DNA of 64,000 bases from the human T2T-CHM13v2.0 reference genome, Homo sapiens. The notes under the pieces are model-generated. The model saw nothing but the letters and a program-made list of their open reading frames with translations. It was not told the origin of the DNA and made no database searches. Made by a program: the position numbers and the translations under genes. This document shows positions 43,090-54,624 of the stretch, piece by piece. Location of the stretch: NCBI RefSeq assembly GCF_009914755.1, contig NC_060925.1; one strand, written 5' to 3'. How positions within the stretch are numbered: position 1 is the first letter of the stretch; every line of letters starts with the position of its first letter.

Positions 43090-43275
43090 TAAAATAATTT
43101 TATCTCCACTATTTATCATCACAATCATGGTAACAACTTAAGTTTCCTTTCCATATGTCTGTAAAGTGGTGGTAACTTTAGTTGCCATAGAGGTTTATCT
43201 GCAGATTAGATTAGATACGACATGTAAAATTAACAGCATATAATTGGTGTTCATTAAATTGCAGTAATCATTTTG
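43090..43275 (+). mobile_element. MIR fragment
   Basis: tctgtaaagtgg…catagagg…cagattagattagata..acatgtaaa…ggtgttcattaaat. Confidence 0.55.
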
Positions 43276-44084
43276 ATCATTTTCTCATTCTGAAAAAAAT
43301 GTCAATATGTCTCATTGTTTCCTTCTTTTGTAAAGCTGCTAGACATAATAAGCCTGAGTTGTTTTTGTAAATTAAAAGACAGAATTAGAAAACATATTTC
43401 CAGATAGAATAAAGATATGCTCCATTAGTTTTTTTATGGCATCATAAATCAGTGTTTCAAAATCAAGTAATTCAAGAGACCTTTTAGCTATTAAGATGTT
43501 GGTTCATGTTCTAGTTCAAACACATGACTTTAGTTCAGCAAAATATTACAATATGTTAGTGATTTGCATATTTTGTGTGACATGCTAACTCAAGTATATC
43601 AAATGATAATTTTATGCTCACCTTAGAACTGCTTGCAAAAAATAAGACGGTGTGTAATTCTCTAGAAACTCATTTCTAAATGTGTCTTAAAATTATACTT
43701 TATTTTCTACAAGAAACTTTTTCAAATATGCGTGCATTTTCCTCTTAATTATTAAGTTTCATATTTTATATTTTCATAGATATTTTGTATAATGTGAGTG
43801 GCATTTTGATTAAATCAGTAGCAAGTGAATTTTATGCAAATATTACTAATATCTTTTGAATTGGAAAAGGTGACTATAGTTTTAATTGTATCATTCAAAT
43901 AGACTTTTAATCATATTCTTAAATTAATATGATGTGTCACTATACATTTTACACAAAATGTATCTGATGTCATTACAATAGCGCAGATAATCACATATAA
44001 ATTGCTTTTTTTCTCTACAAAAACACAGTAATAGAAGTACTCATAGCACTAGCAGACCAATTACAGTCCAAAAGTCAAATCTAG

Positions 44085-44421
<337 letters not shown>

Positions 44422-44487
44422 GACAAATAAAATTTTATGGAAAGCAGCCAAACTGATTCATTTATATATTGTCAATATCTGCTTTCT

Positions 44488-44776
44488 GGGGGGTGCAGTG
44501 GCTCATACCTGTAATCCTAGCACTTTGGCAGATCGAGGCGGGAGGATCACTGGAGGTCAGGAGTTTGAGACCAGCCTGGCCAACATGGCAAAACCCTATC
44601 TCTACTAAAGATACAAAAATTAGCCAGGCATGGTGGCACGCTCCTGTAATCCCAGCTACTTGGGAGATGAGGCAGGAGAATCGCTTGAACCTGGGACGGG
44701 GAGGCTGCGGTGAGCCAAGATCGCACCACTGCACTCCAGCCTGGGTGACAGAGTAAGACCCTGTCTCAAAAAAAAA
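44488..44776 (+). mobile_element. AluSx/Sz
   Basis: Full dimer; 15-bp TSD caatat[c/a]tg[c/t]tttct at 44473-44487 and 44782-44796. Confidence 0.95.
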
Positions 44777-44929
44777 GGCAACAATATATGTTTTCTCACA
44801 ATGACAAAGAGAAGTAGTTATGATAGAGATAATATTGCCCTCAAAGCCTAAAATATTTACTTTCTGATGTTTATCATTTTAAAACTGTGCTGGTCTCTGC
44901 ATAACACAATTATATTTGCATTATTTGAA

Positions 44930-45560
44930 AAATGTAAAAGTAGTTTATCTTGTAGGCAAATGACATTGAAGTATATAGGCCAAAGCATCAATGATTCCTA
45001 TCCATTCTCAATATCTCACCCACCATCACTCTCCCACAGAGAGTAACCCTTTAATTAGTGTTTATCCATTTCGACTACTTTATTTTAATTATCTAAAGGG
45101 AATTTTCATATTTTAAAAATAGCTGAAATTCTATAGAAAAAAGGCAAAATATGCCCATAAATTAAATCTAATGTTCCAGCTTTCAATAACACTTAATCTA
45201 CACTTGCCCTGTCCTTTCCTGAATCCCATAAATAATCACCATTATTAGTTTGATATGAGTTCTTTCAGGCTATTTTGAATATATTGATATGATTTTTACT
45301 TGTAGAAATAGGTAATTGTGTGGTATGTGTAGTGTTTGTATCAATTTATTATATATTATGTACTTTTCTGAAACTGCCATTTTTCACTTAACAACTCGCC
45401 TTGACCATTTGTGGATACTGGCATGTTTACACATTCGGCATTTTGTTTAACTTTTTCATTAACTGCCTGGATCATAATTTTTTAAGATTATTCTACTGAA
45501 AACACTTAAACTCTTACTAATTTCTTAGTAAGGTACATAAGTCTTACTTCCTGGTTGAGG
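44930..45560 (-). mobile_element. Ancient L1ME 3' remnants
   Basis: ctcccacagagagtaaccc…aatcaccattattagtttg…ttttcacttaaca antisense L1ME motifs. Confidence 0.5.
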
Positions 45561-45699
45561 AATAAGTTGATTGTTTCAAATTGGATTTTCTTGAATGATT
45601 GCTAAGTTGGTCATTCTTTATTGGTAATTGTAGCACTACTGTATATTGCATATTTGCACAGTTTGATATATTTGCCACTTCACTATTATTTTTCTTATT

Positions 45700-46490
45700 T
45701 AAGGTTAGAAAACCACATACACACAAAAACATTCTATTCACAATGTCAAACAATTCACCAAAAGTACTAAACATGCAAGGAAGTAGGAAAAGGTAAACCA
45801 CATTTAAGAGAAAAATGAAGCTAATGAAAATGATTTAAAAATGATTACTATAAATATGCTTAATATTTATAATGAAATCATGAATATTTGAAGAGAAGCA
45901 AAAACTATAAAACCAAAACAAAACTACTAGATATAAAGATACAAAATCTGAAATGAAATATTCATTATTTTTGGTTAATAACAAATTAGGCACTACAGAA
46001 AAAAATATGAAGCAAATTGAAGCCATAACAATGAAACTAAAATTAAACCTGGGGAAAGAAATGTTAAAAATTAAATAAAGCTTCAATGAGCATCAGGAAA
46101 ATATTAACTGGTTTAGAATATATATATACATGTGGGCTCCAGAATAAGAGAAAAACAATAGTAAAATATTTGAAAAAATAATGGCTGAATACATTTAAAA
46201 TTTGTTGAAAAGTATAAATGTTTGTCAAGGAGTTTAAGGAGGGGGGCTGAAAAGGGAAATATATTCTTGTATACAGCTAGCATCATACCTTAGGGTGAGA
46301 ATGAAATGCATTTTTCCTAAGACTAGAAGTAAGGCAAGAATATTCACTTTCAATATTTTTATGCGACATTTTACTGATCATCTTCAAGCCAGTGGAATAA
46401 AACAATAAAAAGAAAGAAATGGATTATATGTCAGAACAAAAGACATAAGACACTTTATTTTGCAACATATCATGTTCATCAAAAATTCTA
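45700..46490 (+). mobile_element. Ancient L1M ORF1/ORF2 fragments
   Basis: aatctgaaatgaaa.attca…caaattagg.actacaga…atatttgaaaaaataatggctgaa; tttcctaagactag.aagtaaggcaaga. Confidence 0.65.
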
Positions 46491-46493
46491 AAA

Positions 46494-46664
46494 CAGGAGT
46501 CTGCAGACTTGTTATAAAGGAAAAGTTATTAAATATTTTAAGCTTGCAGCATATACAATCTAGCTAGCAACCATTCAACTCTAAAACTGTGGTTCAAAAG
46601 CAGCCATAGACAAATGACTGTGTCTGTGTTTCAGCAAAACTTTGCTTACAAAATCAGGCAAGGG
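46494..46664. mobile_element. MER58A (truncated; opposite orientation to the 44 kb copy)
   Basis: caggagtc.gcagactt…taaatatttta.gcttgcag…aaagcagccatagaca…aaaacttt..ttacaaaa.caggc. Confidence 0.8.
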
Positions 46665-46767
46665 GAGACACCAGAAGTAGAGTGATCAGAAATTCTGGGC
46701 CCATCTGCCCCAGAAACACCAAAAAACATGAGAAAACAGTCAGAACCAACCTTATTGTGTCTCTTGA

Positions 46768-47140
46768 GGCTATTTATGCTCTCTCTGAAACATGCAGAAG
46801 AATTCTTACCAGACTGTTCCAAGCTTCTGGTGACTTCCTGGCAATCTTTGGCATTTTATTGCATGTGGATGGATAATTCCATTCCTCTGTCTTCACATGG
46901 CATTCTCCCTGTGACTCTTCACATGGTCTCTCCTCTGTTCATGCCTGTGTCTGTATCCAAATGTCCCCTTCTGTAAGAAAACACCAGTTAGACTGGATGA
47001 AGGTCTACCCTGACAGCTTTATTTTAAACTGCTTACATCTACAAAGACCATATTTTCAAATGAGGTCACATTCTGAGGTAATGCAGATTAGGAATTCAAC
47101 ATATGTATTTTGGGAGGGGGTGTAAAATTTGACCCATAAT
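46768..47140 (-). mobile_element. MLT1B/C LTR (partial)
   Basis: agcttctggtg…ggcaatctttggcatt…tcttcacatggcattctccct…caaatgaggtcacattctgaggta…gacccataa. Confidence 0.85.
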
Positions 47141-47144
47141 CTAT

Positions 47145-49290
47145 TGCAATAAATTAAATAATCTAGATGAACATATTTTTAGAAATAAACAAACTACCAA
47201 AATTAACTCAATAAATAGAAAATCTGAGAAGACTCAATAAAGGTAAAGAAAATGAATCAGTAATCAAAAACATCAAAAAAATCCCAAAAAACAAAATTCC
47301 AGAACCACATAGTTTCACTAATGAATTCGATCAAGCATTTTAAAAATAATTAACACTAATCTTTCCCAATTTATTTGCCCCCAAAATATTAGTAGAAAAT
47401 TAACTTATTCTACAAGGCTAGCATTATATGGTACCAAAAATAGATAAAGGCATTATAATTAAAGAAAACTACATATCAATATCCCTTATGAATATGAGTG
47501 AAATAATTATCAACAAAGTACTAGCAAACTGTATTGTTTTTTACTATTTTTTGACTGTCTGTAAGAAATCACAGACATAGTACTTTTGTAAACAGCATAT
47601 TAAAAATGTTTTATTTAATGACCAAATGGAATTTGTATCAGGAAAGCAAATGTGGTTCACAATAAGAAAACTAATTAATATAATAAACCACATTAATAGA
47701 ACCAAAAGGAAAAAAACAAACAATTATCATTTCAATTGATGCAGGAAACATAATAAATTTAATATTTTGTCACAATAAGAACATTCAGATAACTAGGAAT
47801 AGAAGGAAACTCCCTGAACCTAAAAAGGGCAGGTATGCAAAACTCTTAGCTAACATCATGTTCAGTGGTAAAAGTCTGAAAGCTTTGCCTCTGACATTAG
47901 GAACAAGACAAGGATGCTTGCTTTTGCTATGCTATTAATATTTACCATTGTAGTAGAAATTCTAGTCAGAGCTATTACCCAGTTAAAAAAAAAAAACCTA
48001 TCCAAAGTGAAAAGAAAATAGTAAAAGTGTCTATTTGCAGATGACATGATTCCATATATAGATTATTCCAAGGTATACACACACACACACGCACACACAC
48101 AAACACACACAAATACACATACCAAAACTGCTAGTGCTATAAGCAAATTCATCAAAGTTGTAGGATAGAAAATGAACCCAAACAAATTAGTCCTGTTTCT
48201 ATATACTAGCAATAAACAATTAGAAAAGGAAACTAAGTGAACAATTCCTTTCCCAATAACACTAAAAGGAACCCAGAAATATCTAGGAATACATTTAGCA
48301 AAGAAAGGTAAAGACTTGTTTACTGAAAACCAAAAAATATAGCTGAAAGAAATAAAAGAACACCTAAATAAATGGAAAACATTCCATGTTCATGGCAGTA
48401 ATATTGTTAAATTGACAATACTACCCAAAGTGATCTACAGATTCAATACAATACTTATAAAATTAATTGAATCCTCATTTTGATGGCCTTTTCTTTTGGG
48501 AGAAATGGAAAAGCCAATCCCCAAATTCATATGGAGTTGCAAGGGATTCAAAATAACCAAAACAATCTTAAAAAGGACCATGTTCTAGATTTCTAAACTT
48601 ACCACAAAGCTACAGTTAGTTACCAAGACTCTGTGGAACTGGCATAAGCATAGATAAATAGATCAATCAAACAGAATTAAGAATCCAGAAATAAACACAT
48701 ATATTCATGGTCAATTCATTTGCAATAAGAGTGCCAAGATCATTGAGTGGGGTAAGAATAATTTCTTCAAGATACCGTCCTGGAATAATTGGTCATCCAC
48801 ATGCAAAGAAGGAAATTAGACTCCTACCTCACATCATATACAAAATTAACTCAAAGTAGAAAAACAACCCCAAATATGAGTTAAACAATTAAACTCTAAG
48901 GAAAAAATAGAAGTAAATCTTTATGATCTTGGATTTGGCAGTGGGTTCTTAGGTATGGCAGCAAAAACATGAACAAAAAAATGGACAAATTGGATTTCAT
49001 CAAAAGTAAAAACTTCTGTGCATGAAGGGACATTATAAAAAAGTAAGACAAACTATAAAATGGGAGAACATATATGCAAAGCATATACCTAATACAGGTC
49101 TTATATTCAGAATATATAAAGAGCTTCTATAACACAACTTAAAAACAAAGGACCTAGTTTCAAAGTGGGCAAAATGCTTTACTGGAAATTTCTCCAATTA
49201 AGATATGCCAAAAAGCACATAAAAAGATGAAAAACATAAGTCATTGGGAAATGGAATTCAAAACCATAAGGAGATACTCTCTCACTTGCT
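47145..49290 (+). mobile_element. L1MB/L1M4-type ORF2 fragment with (CA)n at 48077-48122
   Basis: RT-region motifs ggaacaagacaaggatgc, ctatttgcagatgacatgat (LFADDM) and ctacccaaagtgatctacagattcaat. Confidence 0.85.
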
Positions 49291-49821
49291 ATTCCTTGTC
49301 TTTTTCTATTATAGGATTCAAAAAACAGACATACGATACAGAATATAATTTTTTTCATAAGAAATTGTTTTAGGTTTTGATTCTATATGCATTTTTATAT
49401 TTTTTTTATTTTCCTAGTATTACCTATCTGTTCAATCATGATATGTTTTTAGGATAGCTGTGGTTTTTGCATTTATTTTTAATTGACACATAATGATTGT
49501 ACATATTCATGGGATACAGTGAAATGTTTCAATGCATGTATACAATGCGCTGATCAAATCAGGGTAATTAGCGTATCTATCATCTAAGACATTTCCCATT
49601 ATTTTGGGTAGGGAACATCCAAAATTTACTCTTCTAGTGATTTTGAAAATATACAATAAATGGTTGTTAATTGTAGTCAACCTACAGTGCTACAGAACAC
49701 CAGAATGTCTTCCTTCTATCTAGCTGTAATTTTATATTCATTAACCAACCTATGGCTATCCTCTGCATCCTTTCCAGTTTCTAGCAACCAGTATTCTACC
49801 CTCTACTTCTGTATCATTTTT

Positions 49822-50200
49822 TTATTTTATAAACTTTTTATTTTTTTGCAAACTTGACTCTTTTGTAATATTTAGCTTAAAACACAAACATTCTAAAGCT
49901 GTACAAAACATTTTCTTATATCTTTATTCTATAAGCTTTTTTCTATGTAAAATTTCTTTTTCTTTTTTAGTTTGTAAATGTTTTGTTAAAAATGAAAACA
50001 CAAACACACACACATTAGCCCAGTCCTACACAGGGTTAGGATAATCAATATCTCTTTCTTCCTCCTCCACACCCTGTCCCACTGGAAGGTCTTCAGGGAC
50101 AATAACATGCATGGAGCTGTCATCTCCTAGGAAAACAAGGCTTTCTTCTGGAATGCATCCTGAAGGACATGTCTGAGTCTGTTTTATATTAACTTAAAAA
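49822..50200. mobile_element. Tigger3/Golem internal fragment without TIRs
   Basis: ttgactcttttgtaata..tagcttaaaacacaaaca…cctacacaggg.taggat.atcaatatc…tcccactggaaggtcttcaggg.caataaca.gcatggagctgtcatctcct. Confidence 0.88.
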
Positions 50201-50221
50201 AATATGACAAATAGTCATATT

Positions 50222-50371
50222 GAAATAGGAACACTCTTACATTGTTGGTGGGAGTGTAAACTAGTTCAACCATTGTGGAAGACAGTGTGGCGATTCCTCA
50301 AGGGTCTAGACCCATTTGACCCATTGATCCCATTACTGGGTATATACCCAAAGGATTATAAATCATGCTAT
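50222..50371 (+). mobile_element. 150-bp L1PA ORF2 C-terminal fragment
   Basis: ORF 50204-50401: EIGTLLHCWWECKLVQPLWKTVWRFLK…IPLLGIYPKDYKSC. Confidence 0.92.
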
Positions 50372-52599
50372 GGTATCATTTTTCTTCGCTTCCACATATG
50401 AGAACACTTTCTGTTTCTGCCTTATTTTACTTATCCTCCAAACTCATCCATTCTGTGTAAATATCAGATTTTCATTATTTTATGTAGCTAAATAGTATTC
50501 CATTGTGTTTATATAAACATTTTCCTTATCCTTTCAACTGTTGATGGGCACTTAGGTTGATTTCATGTCTTGGCTATTGTGAATAGAGCTGCAATAAACA
50601 TGAGAGGGCAATTATTTCTTCAACATACTGATTTTCTTTATTGTGAATACATACTGAATAGTGGAATCGCCTAATATTGTAGTTCTATTTATAGTTTTTT
50701 TGTGAAACCTTCATACAATGTTTAATAACAGTTTTTTCGGTACCATTTATCAAAGAGAATGCCCTTTCTCTAATGTATGTTCTTAGTGCCTTTATCAAAA
50801 ATTAGTGGCTATAAATTTGTGAATTTATTTCTGGGTTTTCCATTGTTTCATTGGTCTGTGTTTGGTTTTATGCCAGTTCCATGCATTTTTAATTATGATA
50901 GCTTTCTAGTATGATTTGAAGCCAGGAAGTATGATGCCTCCAGCTTTATTCTTTTTGCTGAATATTGCTTTCCTAAAGTCTTTGGTCTCCATATGAATTT
51001 TATAGCTTTTAAGCATTTCTATGAATTGGCATTTTCATAGGTATTGCATTAAATCTTTAGATCTCTTTTGGTATTATGGTCATTTTCACATATTAATTCT
51101 TCCCATCCATCAACATGGGATGTCTTTCCATTTTCTTGTGTGTCCTCTTAATTTCTTTCATCAGTGTTTTATAGTTTTCCTTGTAGAGGCTTTTCATGTC
51201 CTTTGTTAAATGTATTCCTAGGTTTTTTTTTTTATATATATAGCTACTGTAAATGGGATTGCTTTGTTGATTTTTTATTCTGCTATTTTGTCATAGTGTA
51301 TAAATACACTACCAATTTTTGCATGTTGATTTTGTATCCTACCACTTTACTGAATTCATTTATCAGTTCTAAGAGGTTTTTTGGTAGAGCTTTTAGGATT
51401 TTCTATATGTAAGATCATTTTGTCTGCAAACAGGAACAATTTGACCACTTGACAATTTGACTTCCTTCTTTTCAATTTGGATGCCCTCTATTTTTTCCCT
51501 TGCCTAATTGAACTGACTAGGACTAGTTGAATAAGAGTGATGAGAGTGGACATCCTTGACTTATTCAAGTTCTTAGATAAAAAGCTTTCAGCTTTGCTCC
51601 ATTTAGTATGATGCTAGCTGTGGTTTTGTCATATGGCCTTTATTGTGTTGAAATATGTTCTTTCTTTACTTAGTTTTTTGAGAGTTTTTATCGTGATGAG
51701 ATGTTGAGTTTTATCAAATGCTTTTTATGCATAGATGGAAAAATCATATGAGCCTCCCACAGAAAAAGTGCTCAATAAATATCTGTCATTGGTGAAAATA
51801 GATTATAGATCATATTTTGTTGGAAGTTTGGAGGCAAAGTCTCAAAGGTAAACCTATAATTTTAGGCTCATTCCCTCCCCCACAATATTTGTTGAATACT
51901 TAACAAATATTGTTGTTTTTTCTTCATTCTGTTGATGTGATGGATCAAGTCTGTTGATATGAGTATGTTGAATCATCCTTGTATCCCTGGGATAAATCCC
52001 ACTTGATTATGGTGAATAATCATGTTAACGTACTGCTGGATTCTGTTTGCTAGTATTTTGTTTAGGAGTTTTGCTTCTATGTTTATCAAGTATCTTGGCC
52101 TATAGTTTTCTTTTGTTTTTATGTTCTGGTCTAGTTTTAGTATCAGGATACTGTTGGTCTTATGAAGTGAATTTAGAAGAATTTTCTTCAATTTTCTGAA
52201 AGAGTTTTGAGGAAAATTGATATTACTTCTTTGATAGAATTCCGCAGACGAGCCATCAGACCTTAGACTTTTCTTTGATTGGAGTCTTTTTTATTACAGA
52301 TTCAATCTTGTTACTTGCAATTGTTCAGGTTCAATCTTCTTGGTTCAATCTAAGTGGGTTGTATGTATCTATGAATTTATCCATTTCCACTAGGTTTTCG
52401 ATTTTGTTGTCATGTAGTTGTTTGTAATAGTCTCTCTAATAATCCTTTTTCATTTTAATGGTATCAGTTGTAATGTCCCCTTTTGTGTTTTCAATTTTAT
52501 TTATTTGAGTCTTCTACAGTCCTTTTAACTAAAACATTTTGTTCTTCTCAGGGTTTACACTTTTTGGGTGTTTTCATTGTGTGTGTGTTTGTTTTGTAT

Positions 52600-52870
52600 A
52601 GGAGGAAGTAAGCCATAAGCTGAAGAAATCAGAAGGCCTCTAGAAGCTGGAAAAGGCAAAAGGAAAACAAACAACAATAACAACAACAACAACAACAAAA
52701 CAGTTTCCCCCCAAAAGCCTCCAGAGATAAACTTAAACATTTAATACCATGAATTTAGCCTGATATAACATATTTTGGACTTCTGAAATCCAGAACTGTA
52801 AGATGAAAATTATGGGTTGCTTAAGCTGTTAAGTTTGGTAATTTTTATAGCAGAAATAGGAAATTAATAA
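52600..52870 (+). mobile_element. MLT1D/E LTR 3' part with (AAC)n at about 52667-52701
   Basis: ggcctctagaagctggaaaaggcaa…agcctccaga…ttggacttctga..tccagaactgtaaga…atagcag.aataggaaa.taata. Confidence 0.8.
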
Positions 52871-53169
52871 GCTTCCTAAACAGGTAATACTCAGCAATTA
52901 ATTTAACATATGTTTTAATCCCCGTGTCAGGAAAAGGAACATACAAGTCTATTAAATGCAAAGGTTTATTAGCAAAATGAAAGAAGTAATGCATATGAAA
53001 TATTTATCCCAGTGCCTGACAGTTAAAAGTGTTTGGTAAATGTTCACTTATTCAACAGAATGTTTAGAGCACCTACCATGTGTTATTATCTATTCTAAGG
53101 ACTGAAAATATATTAATGTATAAAAGGAAAAATAAGGCTCTGTCCTCACATCATTCAAATTATAGTAAT

Positions 53170-53420
53170 ATTGTAGCATAGCTAGCATTTAAAAAATGTT
53201 TTCCTGTGTTTCATCACCTCTTTTAAGTGTTTTATTTTTCAAGTACTCTTAATTCACGTGTTCTTCACAGCAATCATCTGAGGTAAGTTGTATTATTAGC
53301 ATTCATATTTTATAGATAGAAAGTTCATGTGCCCATAGTAAATAGAATGGCTGGGATATAAACCCAGACCATTTGTCCTAGAGTCCGTGCTTTGAAATTC
53401 TAATTAATTCAGCCTCTTAC
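53170..53420 (-). mobile_element. MIR (adjacent to L2/MIR relics 52880-53170)
   Basis: tcttcacagcaa….tgaggtaag….tattat…catattttatagatagaaa…ctgggat.taaacccag. Confidence 0.6.
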
Positions 53421-53789
53421 TGGACTATTATTGTTATTAGATAATTTAGTATTCAGTGTGAAAGACTTAGGTGTGATGCGACAGAATGTGTTTAGCTATA
53501 CTAAAGAATGAAAACAGTGAGGTTGCTTTGTGGAGAGGAGGCTTACCACAGTGATAGCAAATGAAACTAACAGCTGTAAAGAGCACCATCAAGGTACATT
53601 ACCTAATCCATTGTTCTAGCATCATGCAATGAATTTGGGATATAAAGAGAAAATGTTAAGTGACAAGCTAATATTGGTAGTGTACATTCTTTTTTAATAT
53701 TTAAAAATAACTTTTGATACCTCAAACAGCATATGGAAAGTGGTAGATATTTGAATATTTCTTGAAATTACATCATGGTTATTTTTTAA

Positions 53790-54079
<290 letters not shown>

Positions 54080-54296
54080 AAATTTAGTTATTTTTAATAA
54101 AACATTATTTGATTTATTTTCACTTTGCAATGATAATTATAGAAAGGTAAATATACTCCTAGGTATTCAATATGATCTTTTTAAGATTTGTTTTCACTTA
54201 TTGGTTTTGATCTTAATTTGGGGTTAAGGTTAGTTTTATTCCTCTCTTTTAATTTCCTAATATTTGTGTTTCTGTCTCTTTTAAAATTTATCTTAG

Positions 54297-54624
<328 letters not shown>

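Larger units (their letters stand above)
49472..52515 (-). mobile_element. L1MA (about MA3/4) 3' portion, internally deleted, host of two secondary inserts
   Basis: 3' terminus ttatttttaattgacacataat..ttgtacatattcatggg; ORF 51973-52191(-) ([25 protein letters not shown]…QVGFIPGIQG) is the L1 RT. Confidence 0.9.
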
